Of a DNA stretch of 64,000 nt, positions 1-13,000 are shown one piece after another (position 1 is the stretch's first letter; every line of letters begins with the position of its first letter). The translations under genes were made by a program, and so were the position numbers. The notes under the pieces are model-generated. The model had not been told where the DNA came from and did not search any database. It was given only the letters and a program-made list of their open reading frames with translations. The stretch comes from Mytilus trossulus (lineage: Eukaryota), in the NCBI RefSeq assembly GCF_036588685.1, contig NC_086376.1:20088001-20152000 (forward strand). The letters are read 5' to 3'.

Positions 1-1057
1 GGGCAAAAAGGTGGACAAACAATACAATTATAAAGACAATTTAATAGCAGTGTAAGGGATGTAATTCAATCACATTTAAAGACAATGTATTTGAAAGGGT
101 TATTGTGGTTGCAAACTCCATGAAATATGAATGAATTGAGATTGTAACCATATCTTGACAGAAAGCATTTATTTTGGAAAAGTGAAAAGTGTGGGAATAT
201 GAGGGGGGGAGAGGGGGTTTGATTGTTGAGTGCTTACTCGATTCTCACGTAACGAAATCAGTTAGATAATGGCCGGAAAATTTCGAAAACTTTAACTACA
301 GTCATTGGACAAAAGTGAGTTCCCAGTCGAAAAAAGTCCTATCATTTCAACTAAGGGAGCCACCATTTGATTTTTATGGGGGTCTAGGATGAAATTTGAA
401 AAAAATGTCAGGACAGGAGTTTTGAGTGAAAAAAGGCAGGATGAGACACTTGCAAAAAAAAAGCCGTCAGGACAACAATTTAGGTAAAAAAAAAAGTCAG
501 GATAAACTAGAAAAAAAAAAAAGGCAGGACCGAAAAGAGTGAAAAATAAAAAGGCAGGACAGAGATTACAGCTAAAAAAAATGCAGGACAAAAAATTTCA
601 TCCTGGTTAGTGGAGTGCTCCTAATATAAACGGAGGTGCATTGTACATACCAGAACAGAACGTGTGGGATAGTTACTTCCCTTTCTGTTACTCTTTGGTA
701 AAAAATTGCGGGAATTGTTAACTCAGCCAAAAAAAAATTAATGTGGTAAACATTGCAGTCACTGGTCTACTATCCTCAACAACAGCAACTTTCCAATACA
801 GCAAGTGCATCGCAGTGGTAAACGGCGAACCCTTTATTAAATTTTGAATGTTAAAAGTACAACGTTCATCATAGAGGGTGGTAAAGGGGGGTGCAGACAC
901 GAAAAAAAAACAACGTGAACGTGAAATAATATCTGTAATGAACGTTGCACGATAAATAAATACTTTTATATGAACCTTTTGTGACTGAGTCACTGTCTTC
1001 TTTTACATATTAACTCTTAGTTTTACTTAATATTCCCGATTAAGTATACACATTTAT

Positions 1058-1659
1058 GGGTGGGTCTTTTCACCACCGAACACCACCGCACACCACCGAA
1101 CACCCCAAAAACCAACAACCACTAAGAAAAACTGTGATATTATACAATAAAACGATAAAATAAATTAAATTACATATAATATAATCAATTTTTAGATTTT
1201 GATGGGCATCATTTTTATGTTAAAATCGATAATCAATATAAGGAAAAACGTCTCCGGATTTATCACTTTCCGGATAACATTATACATGTGTGTAATAAAA
1301 TTCAAGTATTTTCATAAATAGTAAACAATTCAAGTATCCTCGTTCTCTGTGCATGGGTTATATTTTGATATTTGTCTCTTTTCTTATTATTGGTACAACT
1401 ATTTAAAAAAAATATGGAAAAACATATATTTGAGGTGTCCATGAGGGTCTGCAGAGTTCAAAAAGAGGGGTGTTATAGACTCTTCTTTTCTGTTATCGGT
1501 AGATATTTGGACTCTTAGTCTTCTAATTTGTTGAATTAATAACTTGAATATTATATTTAAGTACCATTAATAACGATAAAAGTCAAAATAATAAACTTTT
1601 GGGGTGTTCGGTGGTGTTCGACGGTGTGCGGTGGTGTTCGGTGGTGAAAAGACCTACCG
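1058..1659. mobile_element. MITE with ~9-bp TSD (Mutator-like)
   Basis: Inverted GGTCTTTTCACCACCGAACACCACCGCACACC ends; CACATTTAT on both sides. Confidence 0.8.
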
Positions 1660-1891
1660 CACATTTATGATATAATTGGCTTACAGCTTTAAAAAATGAT
1701 TTCTTGACGATCCCTGCCAAGTGTTTGAATTTTATTTGAAAAATACCAAGCAGTCAAAATAAGACTTTGAAAATCAAGATGCACATACAATTAAATAAGC
1801 AGAACACGTTGAAAGAGGCACTCGTCTTGCACGACTGAACGTCAAATTAAAAAGGAAAAACATGTCGAACATGAAATAAAATACACCGATC

Positions 1892-1987
1892 CACAGGAGT
1901 TTGAAATCCTATCAATAAGGGGGTCAAAATTTACCAAAGTCAACTATCACAGTAGAGCTTCTCTTGATAGGATTTCAAACTCCTGTG
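1892..1987. repeat. Short foldback / mini-MITE
   Basis: CACAGGAGTTTGAAATCCTATCAA and exact inverse. Confidence 0.8.
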
Positions 1988-2206
1988 AGCAATCATAGGA
2001 AGAAAATAACCCTTTACCACCCTCATCATAACAAATGAGCAAATTTTTAAAGCACAGGCACTTGTTGGTTGTATCCATGGGAAGACCCAATATCAACATT
2101 TATTAAATGATATGAGCAAATAAGCCCTAATACGTATAAATCAGCATGTGCAATACTAAAAACGTTCCACTGTCGATATAAATCAAGATTTAATATTGCT
2201 CTTCGA

Positions 2207-2668
2207 ACAGGGCCAATACAGAAAAAAGCGGGGAAAAAAGCTGTATTAGCCACGTTCACTTCCGGTTTTCAATTTTCTTACGCCATTACTTAACTTTGGA
2301 AGTATCGTTATGCATAAAAACATTTGTATAATATTTTTTAAATTAAAGTCATAAAATAAACAGGTTAAATGATGTGCAATGTTTTGTAACGTCTTAAAGT
2401 TTTGAAACAGAAAAAACAGGGCCAATACAGAAAAAAGCGGGAAAAAAGCTGTATTGGCCCATGGGCTAATACAGGACGTTCACTTCCGGTTTTTAATTCT
2501 CTTGTTATCATTTAATAAAAGTGTTATGAACTGGCTGTTTCTGTATTGGCACTGGTATAGATTCTCGGTCAGCTGTATTGGCCCTCGACCCTACGGGTCT
2601 CGAGGCCAATACAACAAACCTTGAATCTATACCAGTGCCAATACAGAAACAGCCAGTTAATAACACTA
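2207..2668. repeat. Palindromic repeat element with internal direct repeats
   Basis: ACAGGGCCAATACAGAAAAAAGCGGG twice; ~45-bp inverted arms between 2521 and 2668. Confidence 0.7.
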
Positions 2669-3102
2669 TAATATTAACAAGTATTACTGCTATAGATTCT
2701 TGGGGACAGGACAACCTCCATTTTTCCAAAATTTGTTTTTAAAAAAATCTTCTACAAATTTTAATTATTTTTACTTTTTTCTGTATAATGAGAACAAATG
2801 AATATACTACCAATAACTTGTATTTGCTGTTTACTGTCAATTCTGATCCAAGTTTACTATCCACAGCAGTCACTGATATATTGTATAGAGAGAAAGTATC
2901 TCACATCTAAACATTTTTTTTATGTGAATTCTTGAGAGAATCCCAAAACTGATTCATCAAATTTTCATTTACCTCCTAGTCAGTGGGTATGATTCATTTC
3001 TGCTTCCTTACTTCTTCATAAACTGCTTGCTCTTTTAAAGAAAGGAGTAGGTTCAGTAAGCTTTATTTTGGTAAAATGCTTCTGCCACATAAATATGAGC
3101 TG

Positions 3103-5412
3103 TTTTTAAACGACCGCAATAATTAAAAAAAAAATTGGTTGTATATTGGTATCACTTTGGCGTCATCGTCCGATTACTTTTAGTTTTCGCACTCTAACTT
3201 TAGTAAAAATGAATAGAAATCTATGAAATTTAAACACAAGGTTTATGATCACAAAAGGAAGGTTGGGAATGATATTTGGAGTTTTGGTCCCAACATTTTA
3301 GGAATTAGGGGCCAAAAAGGACCTAAATAAGCATTTTCTTGGTTTTTGCACTATAACTTTAGTTTCTAAAAGTGAATAGAAATCTATGAAATTTTTACAC
3401 AATGTTTATGACCGAAAAAGGAAGGTTGGGATTGATTTTGGGAGTTTTTGTTCCAACAGTTTAGGAATTAGGGGCCAAAAAAGGGCCCAAGTAAGCATTA
3501 TTCTTGGTTTTCGCACAATAACTTTGAAATAAGAAAATAGAAATCAATGAAATTTAAACACAAGGTTTATGACCACAAAAGGAAGGTTGGGATTGATTTT
3601 GGGAGTTGAGGTCCCAACAGTTTAGGTACTAAGGGCCAAAAAGGGGCCCAAATAAGCATTTTTCTTGGTTTTCGCACCATTTCTTTAGTATAAGTAAATA
3701 GAAATCTATGAAATTTAAACACAAGGTTTATGTCCATTAAAGAAAGGTTGGGATTGATTTTGGGAGTTTTGGTCCCAACAGTTAAGGAATAAGAAGCCCA
3801 AAGGGTCCAAAATTAAACTTTGTTTGATTTTATCAAAAAATGAATAATTGGGGTTCTTTGATATGCTGAATCTTATGGTGTATGTAGATTCTTAATTTTT
3901 GGTCCCGTTTTCAAATTGGTATACATTAAGTTTCATAGGGTCCAAAATTAAACTTAGTTTGATTTTAACAAAAATTGAGCCATTGGGGTTCTTTGATATG
4001 CTGAATCTAAAAATGTACTTAGATTTTTTATTATGGGCCCAGTTTTCAAGTTGGTCCAAATCAGGTTCCAAAAAAAAACTTTGTTTGATTTCATCAAAAA
4101 TTGAATAATTAGGGTTCTTTGATATGCCAAGATTCTTAATTTTTGGTCCCGTTTTCAAATTGGTCTACATTAAAGTCCAAAGGGTCCAAAATCAAACTAA
4201 GTTTAATTTTTAACAAAAATTGAATTCTTGGGCTTCTTTGATATAGTGAATCTAAACATGTACTTAAGATTTTTGATTATGGGCCCAGTTTTTAAGTTTG
4301 TCCAAATCAGGATCCAAAATTATTAAACTTAAGTATTGTGCAATAAATAAAATTGGTGTATTTACTGTCTTCTGATTGGTTAAAAGTATTACTTTTATTT
4401 TCAATGTTGTCAATTTTTATGGCGACACGCCCACTCTGACGTTGTATATTCATACGCCAACATGTGTGTACGTTGTTTTTGTTAATATAAATAACATAAA
4501 ATGTTCTTTGAGCCTTATTTTTGATAGAAATTTATTTATAATGAATGGCAATAATTTATTTTGAATTTATTGAATCATAAAATTAATTTTTGACTCTTCA
4601 CATTTTACATAATCTGCTTCGCGGATCATTCAATGTGAAGAGCCAAAAATTAATTTTATGGTTCAATAAATTCAAAATAAATGATAGCCATTCATTAAAT
4701 AGCAAGAAATTTTCAGTTGCACAGTATTCAGCAATAGCAAGAAATATTCATTGCACAGTATTGTGCAATAGCAAATATTTACAATTGCACAGTATTGCAC
4801 AATAGCAAGAAATATCTAATTGCACAATATTGTGCAATAGCAAGAAATTTTCAATTGGAGTTATCTTTCTTTGTCCAGAATAGTAGTTGAATCAACTTAA
4901 ATCATTGTTTTATACAATATACAATGTAAATTCACTTTTACTTCCAACTGATAAATTAAAACAATCTTTACCATTCAGTGATAACAAGCACTTTTTTTAC
5001 ATTTTTATATTTTATGCTGTATTTAAATGAGTAGTTATTGTTGCAAACTCCATTAGAAATTTGAATTGAGATCAGCTATGGAAAAAGGGAAAGGGGGATG
5101 TGAAAAAAAAAATTTGGGGGGGGGGCATTTTTCTTATTTCAGATTTCATAAATAAAAAGAAAATTTCTTCAAGCATTTTTTTGAGAGGATTAATATTAAA
5201 CAGCATAGTGAATTGCTCAAAGGCAAAACACAAATTTTAAGTGCAATAGACCACATTCATTCTGTGTCAGAAACCTATGCTGTGTCATCTATTTAATCAC
5301 AATCCAAATTTAGAGCTGAATCCAGCTTGAATGGTGTGTCCATACTTGCCCCAACCGTTCAGGGTTCAACCTCTGCGGTCATATAAAGCTGCGCCCTGCG
5401 GAGCATCTGGTT
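3103..5412 (+). mobile_element. Helentron-type non-autonomous element (HINE-like) with internal ~120-bp tandem repeats
   Basis: Subterminal IR TTTAAACGACCGCA / TGCGGTCATATAAA, short 3' palindrome, T-tract insertion; flanks rejoin to match GCTGTTTTTGACAATACAATGCACA at ~5601. Confidence 0.75.
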
Positions 5413-5478
5413 GACAATACAATGCACAAATATTGCTTTCTAGCAACATTCAGTCATGCTAAATTACTGAAATCTTCA

Positions 5479-6063
5479 AAAGGAGTAGGTTCAGTAAGAC
5501 CCCTTTTTGGCCCCGAAATATAGCAGTTTTATAAAATTGTTAAAATGTAAACTATAAGTTATATATTGGACAGTAGAATGCTTCTGCTACATAGATATGG
5601 GCTGTTTTTGACAATACAATGCACATATATCGGGAACTAGCTCCATTAAGTCCTGCTAATCTACTGAAATCTTCACAATTCTAGCATTTTAGTTAAATTT
5701 CAGCCGGTTTCCGTTTAAAACGAAAGTGGCCCCATTCGTGTTCATCCTTAATATTGAAAAGTAAGTTGTATTTGATGATAATACATAACATATATAAAGG
5801 TTGAGGATGAACACGGATGCAGCCACTTTCATTTTTGACAAAAACCATCTGAAAAGTGACATTTTTCGGTATATTTGGTAGATTTTTCATATTTTAGCTT
5901 GAATCAGGTCGTATTTAATGACTGAATCAGTTAAAATCTTTCACATAAACTTATTGAATCAAATCAAATAGACACTTAAGTGTGTAAAATGTGGTCAAAA
6001 TGTTTCGTCAGATGAACCCAAAATTTGAGGCCAAAATCTGTCCTTACCGGACCTACTCCTTTT
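5479..6063. mobile_element. MITE (AAAGGAGTAGGT TIR) nested inside an older copy of its own family (~3041-6360)
   Basis: AAAGGAGTAGGTTCAGTAAG...CTTACCGGACCTACTCCTTT; homologous segments at 3041-3102, 5413-5478 and 6064-6360. Confidence 0.7.
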
Positions 6064-6970
6064 AGCATTTTGGTTAATTTTAAGACGGTTTCTGTCTGAA
6101 ATGAAAGTGACAGCATTTGTGTTCATTCATAATATTGAAATGTTAGTTGTATTTGATGATAATACAAAACATATATATAAAGGTTGAGGATGAACATGGA
6201 TGAAGCCTCGTTCATTTTTGACAAACACCGTTTGAAAAGTGACGATTTTTGGCATATTTGACAGATTTTTCATATATATTTAAGCCTAAATCAGCGCGTT
6301 TTTAATGACTAAATCAGTTAAAATCTTTCACTCAAACAAATGGAATCAATTGAAATCAAGGCTTAACTCTAAATATGGTTCCCAGCACAAAATGTTACCA
6401 ATGTTATTGAACAGCTGTATAAAGAGTAAATAAAATAAACCTACTAAAGTTGAACATCATACTAAACCCCAAACAATTTAAATGAACTAAAATTAAAAAA
6501 CATATACAAGAATATCCTTGGGATAGATGCACATGAGGTGAGGTTTATCATGTTTAATACGATCTCAATCCACCTGCTATACCTCAAGCCAATGTAGAAT
6601 AAAGAAACACACAGCAATACACACAGTAAAACTCCGTTCAAAATAATTCTGTGTACCTTGTCATAATGACTTTGGTAAAATGTTCCCCTATTTTAATAAT
6701 TGTAGTGAATTGTGTTGATAAACAGGACAATAGATGGACAATTAATATCTGGACAACAAGAAGTGATTTAAACTGTGTAAATGAAACTCCTGTGAGGTTT
6801 TTTTTATCACCATCTGCAGACTTAAAAAGAGGAATCTTATGTTCTAGGTTGCATCATATTGATAGGTAAATATCTGTTTGAAAGTTGCAAAAGGTCTTTT
6901 TACTGTCCAAATGATCTCTTATGCGTTTGACTTACATGTGCTTTAACTGCCTGTTAATTGAATTTTTCAG

Positions 6971-7097
6971 ATGAGTGATATTGATTCACAAGAGGATAAT
7001 GATGAAGACTGGGAAGACACCAAGTGGGCGGATCCTTATGATAAAAGTCCAAACAAAAATAAGATGGATGCAATAGGATCTGTTCTGAATGTCACAG
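6971..7097 (+). CDS. POLK: POLK coding exon 1 ([16 protein letters not shown]...)
   Basis: ttttcag|ATG ... cag|gtgggt; 127 nt, phase 1 matches next exon; sequence itself not recognisably conserved. Confidence 0.65.
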
Positions 7098-10000
7098 GTG
7101 GGTACATATTTCCCATGTACAAAATGAAAATTTCTATAAGAATTTGGTAGCCTTATGAATATGCACAGTCAATTTGAATGAAAGCAGAAAGGAGATCAAC
7201 ATCGATTAGACAGCAACACAAGACACCAATACTGTGGATTCATTTATTTTTAGTGAATAAAGAATATATATATTTTGGAGAATATTGGATTCTGTGGTTT
7301 CACCAAAGTTTGCAAAAAAGATTATAAATACGATAATACCGCCGGTAGTTAAATTTGTAGTTAACAGACCTGTACCAAAAATTACATGAAAATTGGTATC
7401 CCATGAATAACAATAAATCCACAGTAACCAAATAGCATTTAGACATTAAATTGATATCACTTTCTGATCTGTTCAAAGAATCTGTTATGTTTTAAGTGAA
7501 AAAAAAGTTCTTTTTGTTTAATAGGAAGCAAATTTTTTTGTTCAATACTTTGTATTTTGGAGATTTAAAAAGTCAGGGCTAACTTTAAATGTAAAAGTAT
7601 TACAATTTGACCTTTGCACACTTCACAGGAAATTTATTTTATTTATAAATGGCACCATGACTATTGCCTATTTTAATTTAGGCAAAGATAAAGTGAAAAT
7701 GCAGCCAATACAAAAAAATCAGGTAGAAGACAACCAAAACTTTTCAGAAAGTGACAGCAAGGCCTCAGAAAATTCTGGTCTTATGAATCGTATGAGATTA
7801 AATGATAACAAAGCTGGCATGGATGGATTGGACAAAGAAAAGATCAATCAAGTCATCCTTGAAGCATCAAAAGGTATATATACTGTATAAACATTAATTT
7901 TCGTGGGGTTAAAATTTCATGGTTTTGCATCCAAAAGTAAGTTCGTGGGGATTAATTTTCGTGGTTTTTAAGTTTAGAAAACAATTATGTAAAAGTAACT
8001 TTATAATTGACAATACTGGATAAAACAATAAAACTGATCTTAATTTTCACTGTTCAGAAAAAATCAATAATTGCATTGGTTAGTAACAGTGAGCACTAAT
8101 CAAGTGTTGTGACCTGCATACCCTATCTGGGTTTTACACACCCTTGATGTTTTATTTATAGGTTAGACTATACTTGGTCATGTTTTATGAAGATTTAAGC
8201 CCAAGGCGAAGCCGAGGGCTTAAATCTTCATAAAACATGACCAAGTATTGTCTGACCAATTTAGAACATATTCACACTTTCGAGTGACCTTACAAAATTA
8301 TCCTTTCCCATTGTTATATTGAAACCTAAATAAGAGTTCACTTTTTATAATGAACTAAATATAAAAGTTAACATAGGTAATGATCATTTCAATGGATGAA
8401 ATGAAATAGCACTGACATAGTTTGTGATGGATAAATTGTTTTTATTCTGCTTCAGGTAAAATTTAATACTTATATATCTTTAGATTTTTTAATTTTAAAA
8501 AACAACACAATATTATAAAAATCCCCTTTTTGATAAATATAAAACTCTGTATTTTCAGACCATTCAACATTAAATTCTTACTTTTTATTGATAAATTCAA
8601 ATGTATTGTGTTTCTCCGAAAACTATCCTTTGCTTTATATATCAGCAGTCTGACATTGTGGTTTTTTTTTTTAAAGAAAAATAAAAATAATTCCCTCAAA
8701 TGTAAGGTATACAAATTAAATAAATATTTTATTTATCCTAACCAATTTTTTTTGTGTATTCGATATATGTGTACCATTAGAAAATGCATCAAATTTTCCA
8801 AAATTCAAAATGTTTTTATTTCAATCTTTGCTCTTTCATCTTTAATCAGTAGGCTATTTTCCAAAGAAAATGCCTTAGAGGATTGTACACGTCCTTGGTG
8901 CAGTTAATAAGACTTCACTTTCATAATTGACTGACAATGAAAAGTCATTCATGTATATCATTTAATAGTGCATGGAAAGCAATGTACTATGAAAAATAGA
9001 GGGGAAAAATCTGACTTTCATTTTTTTCGGAGAAACACAATACAAATAAAATTATAAATAAAAAGTGAGCATTAAATGTTGAAAAGTCTGAATTTAAATG
9101 CTTATGCAGAGAGTTTTATATTCATGAAAAAAAATCAAATTTCAAAAACAGGATTTATATAACTATTGTGATGCTATTTAAAATAAAAAATAATTTCAAG
9201 ATAATAAGTATTAAATTTTACCTGAAACAGAAGAAAAACGAATTTATCCATTCAGCCCTCACAAACCATGTCAGTGCTATTTCATTCCATCCATTTAAAT
9301 GATGATTACCTCTGTTTTACATTTGGTTCATTATAAAAAGTGAACTCTTATTAAGGTTTGTATTTTACAATGGTAAAGGCTAATTTTTTAAGGTCACTAG
9401 AAAGTGTGAATATGTTCTAAATTGGTCATACAATACTTGGTCATGTTTTATGAAGATTTAAGCCCTAGGCTCCATGGGAAAGGCTAATTTTGTAAGGTCA
9501 CTAGAAAGTGTGAATATGTTCTAAATTGGTCACACAATACTTGGTCATGTTTTATGAAGATTTAACCCTTTAACGTTCCTACCGGTCAATTTGACCGGTA
9601 GGCAAAATTTGTGGCGGAGTAGTTTGCATGAAGTTTTGTATCGTTGACAATTTTTGACGTACATATGTGGTTGTGGGCTCAAATTGAAGATCAGTATACC
9701 ACCAACTTGATTTTTGGTGTCTGAAACCAACAAAATGCAATGCATTATGTCAATTTGCCCTATATTGATAAGATTTTTTGGGGCAAAAACTGTTTTATTT
9801 CTATTTTTAAATAGAATATTTTCACAAAATGTCACAAGACAAATTGTTGCTGTTTTTTGTTTTAAAATGACAATTTTGATAACTGTGCCGTGATCATTTA
9901 CAAGAATACTATCAAAACTGTAAGTAAAACTCATACACATACAAAAAATCTGATTCATAGAGTATCAACACTGAAACAAACTCAAATTACAAGGAATTTT

Positions 10001-13000
10001 CATGTTTTGTTTTGTCAGTTTTTATAGCAAAAGAGATGAGAACATCTAAAATGTGTTAAAAATTGTTAGCCAAGTCGGAATAGCAATAACAAATCTTTGT
10101 TTCTTTAGTGTCTGGTTATGAGGGTGTTGGATATCATATCGCTAAGGTATAGAAATAGTGACATATAGACGAAAAAACGAACATTTCTGAATAACTTTCT
10201 TACAAATTTGCTTCAAAAATAATAATTTTCAAAAAATAGCTTCTTAAGAAAACGAAGTTTGATTATATTCTCCCAAAATTAATTTCTAGTCTTACAGAGA
10301 AGGTGACTTATATGCTTAAATTTCATAAGTTTTCCAATGGTTTCTGTGGCTCAGTGGAAAGATGCACAGTCATACACCCGGATGATCGCGTGTTCAAACC
10401 TCACTGCCGGAGGATGAAAAAAATAAATTCCTATATTAAATGTAACTTAACTTAACTTTACTTTCAATTTCAATTAAGACAACTGAAATACATGATTTAC
10501 ATAAAAAAAAAAATCCCCCCCTTTTTTCTCCCATCTCTCTTTTTTGTTACATTCTTAGCCTGGGCACTCAAAAATACCAGATTTTCATTCAATATTTACT
10601 CAAAATTATTTCCTAAAGGCTTATTCTGTAAGCGGTTATGAATAGTTCATCTTTAACATAAACTTGGGCCATTTATTTGACTATGACAAAAATTCTCAAA
10701 AAATCCACTATTTTTCAGTGTTTCGAGTCTTGATATTTCTACCAATCAGACAAGTTTTGCATCTTTCTGTATAAAGTTTTCACCGATAACGTTTCCGAAA
10801 GTCTTCATGCATTAATCTAACTCTAAAACTATGTTCTATTTTTGTCACTAAATGACTGTAAAACCGCTTTTCCGCTTGAATTGTACATTTTTGTCACTTT
10901 AATTCAGCATGTCACGTGACTTTTGAGGGATATCACGTGACCAACGTAAGAAATTATTTTCCTTAAATCAAGTTTTCTTGAAACCTTGGTCAATTATCTA
11001 TCAGATGAGTCTAACTTGTCCTTTGAGTGAGCTTTTTATCGAAATGTGCAATTGATTGAAAACAGATATCCTTTATTCGGGAAGAAAAGGTAAAAAATCC
11101 TTGAATGTTAAAGGGTTAAGCCCTAGGCTCCATGGGAAAGGCTAATTTTGTAAGGTCACTAGAAAGTGTGAATATGTTCTAAATTGGTCACACAATACTT
11201 GGTCATGTTTTATGAAGATTTAAGCCCTAGGCTTCATGGGAAAGGCTAATTTTGTAAGGTCACTAGAAAGTGTGTATATGTTCTAAATCAGTCAGACAAT
11301 ACTTGGTTATGTATAATAAAGATTTAAAAGCCCTACACAGGAAAAATTGCAACATATGTTTATCATATATGTTTTCAAACATATGGAAAACATATGTTAA
11401 ACATATGAAAACATATGTCCCAATTTTTCCTATGTAGGCTTCGCCTATAAACAGTGATTGTGTTGTAAATTTATTAAGACTTGAGGGTAAAACAGACACA
11501 TTAGACTGTTAACTATAAATGGAAATTCACTTCTTTTTAAACCTTGAATATATCAAATAGGGGATACTTTTCTCAAAATCACGCAATCCTTTATTGAAGA
11601 TTTCTATCTAATTATTTCTAACAGTAATTAAATAGAAATGAGTACCTTTATGATACATATAGATTCTACCACTGCATCGAGTGTAATATGATATATACCC
11701 ACCCAGGCAGTTAAATTTTCAAATTTAAAATGTGAGGCTTGCCCGATCCTTTTAAATATTTTAAATTTAACTGTTGAGAGTGGATAAATATCGTATTCAT
11801 GAGATTTGGTGGTGGATTCAGTGGAATCTGTTTCTCTAATGATTTTCTAACATTATGCTGGCAAACTTATTCCTTCTTTTTGAATGATCTGCAAAAAGAT
11901 GTGTTCTTTTTATGTGACATCATCAGGCATGGTCGCCTTTCTTCATACCGTCACAATAGAAAATTCAGAGGAAAGCAAGAAAATTCGACATCATATCAGG
12001 CCCGTAGCCAGGAATTTCCAAAGGGGGGTTCGTTGGACTCACAAACTCGACTTTAACAGTCACAATTCGAACAGAACATTGACTTTAACAGTGCTTATTT
12101 GTTTTCTGGCTACGGGTATGCATAATCAGATTTTAACCAATGAAGTACTGAGATCAAACAAACCACACGATGATTAAATTTTTTTTATACTATGGGTCCA
12201 GAAAGGGATAAATTGACGAAGAATTAGAGAAACTATTTTAGAAGATAACGATCATCACAATTATGATTCAATATACAAATTAATTTGAACATGCATATAT
12301 AAATGATATAAATGCATTAATACTAGTAACAGAACATATAAATAAAAAAACATTGGGTATATTATTCATCCATTTGTATTTGATATCAAAGCATTAAATT
12401 TATGCAAAATGTTATTATATTTGTCATGATAGGATCAAGATTTTTTGAAAATGAAAGAAAGAAAGAACAACAGATGAATAAAAGAATTGAAGAGCAGAAA
12501 ATGAAGTTACAACAGATAACAGAAAGTCAGCTTAAACAGGGAATAATTGAAGTATGTGAACATATTAAAACTAATTTTCTTCAATACAAAAATATGTGAA
12601 AATAATCAAATGATACATTGTAGATTATGATTATGTGTACAACAACGGATGGACTTATATTTGAAATTTAAAGACACTTTATTATATTCAAAAGGAGTGT
12701 AGAGGACTTGGTGGCCAATTGGTCTTAGAAGTTGAACTATTGTATCACTATATAAAAAAGATGGGGTATGATTGCCAATGAGACAACTATCCACAAAAGA
12801 CCAAAATAACACAAACATTAACAACTACATGTACTAGCATATCAACACTGAGGTTGTGAGTTCAAATCCTGCTTGGAGCAGGTGCACTCACCTCGAATCT
12901 TTATTTTAGAATTGCTAGTTTTCTTACCAAAGGTCAGAGATTCTTCTGGGTACTTTGGCTTCCTCCATCATTAAAACTGACCTAAACAAAATAGCACAGG

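Noticed and set aside
3180-4330. CRISPR-like repeat array
   Set aside because: Whole ~120-bp units repeat without unique spacers; no cas genes; lies within a HINE-like element
10340-10412. tRNA gene
   Set aside because: A- and B-box-like motifs are present but I could not build a convincing cloverleaf; probably a tRNA-derived SINE relic inside the piggyBac-like element
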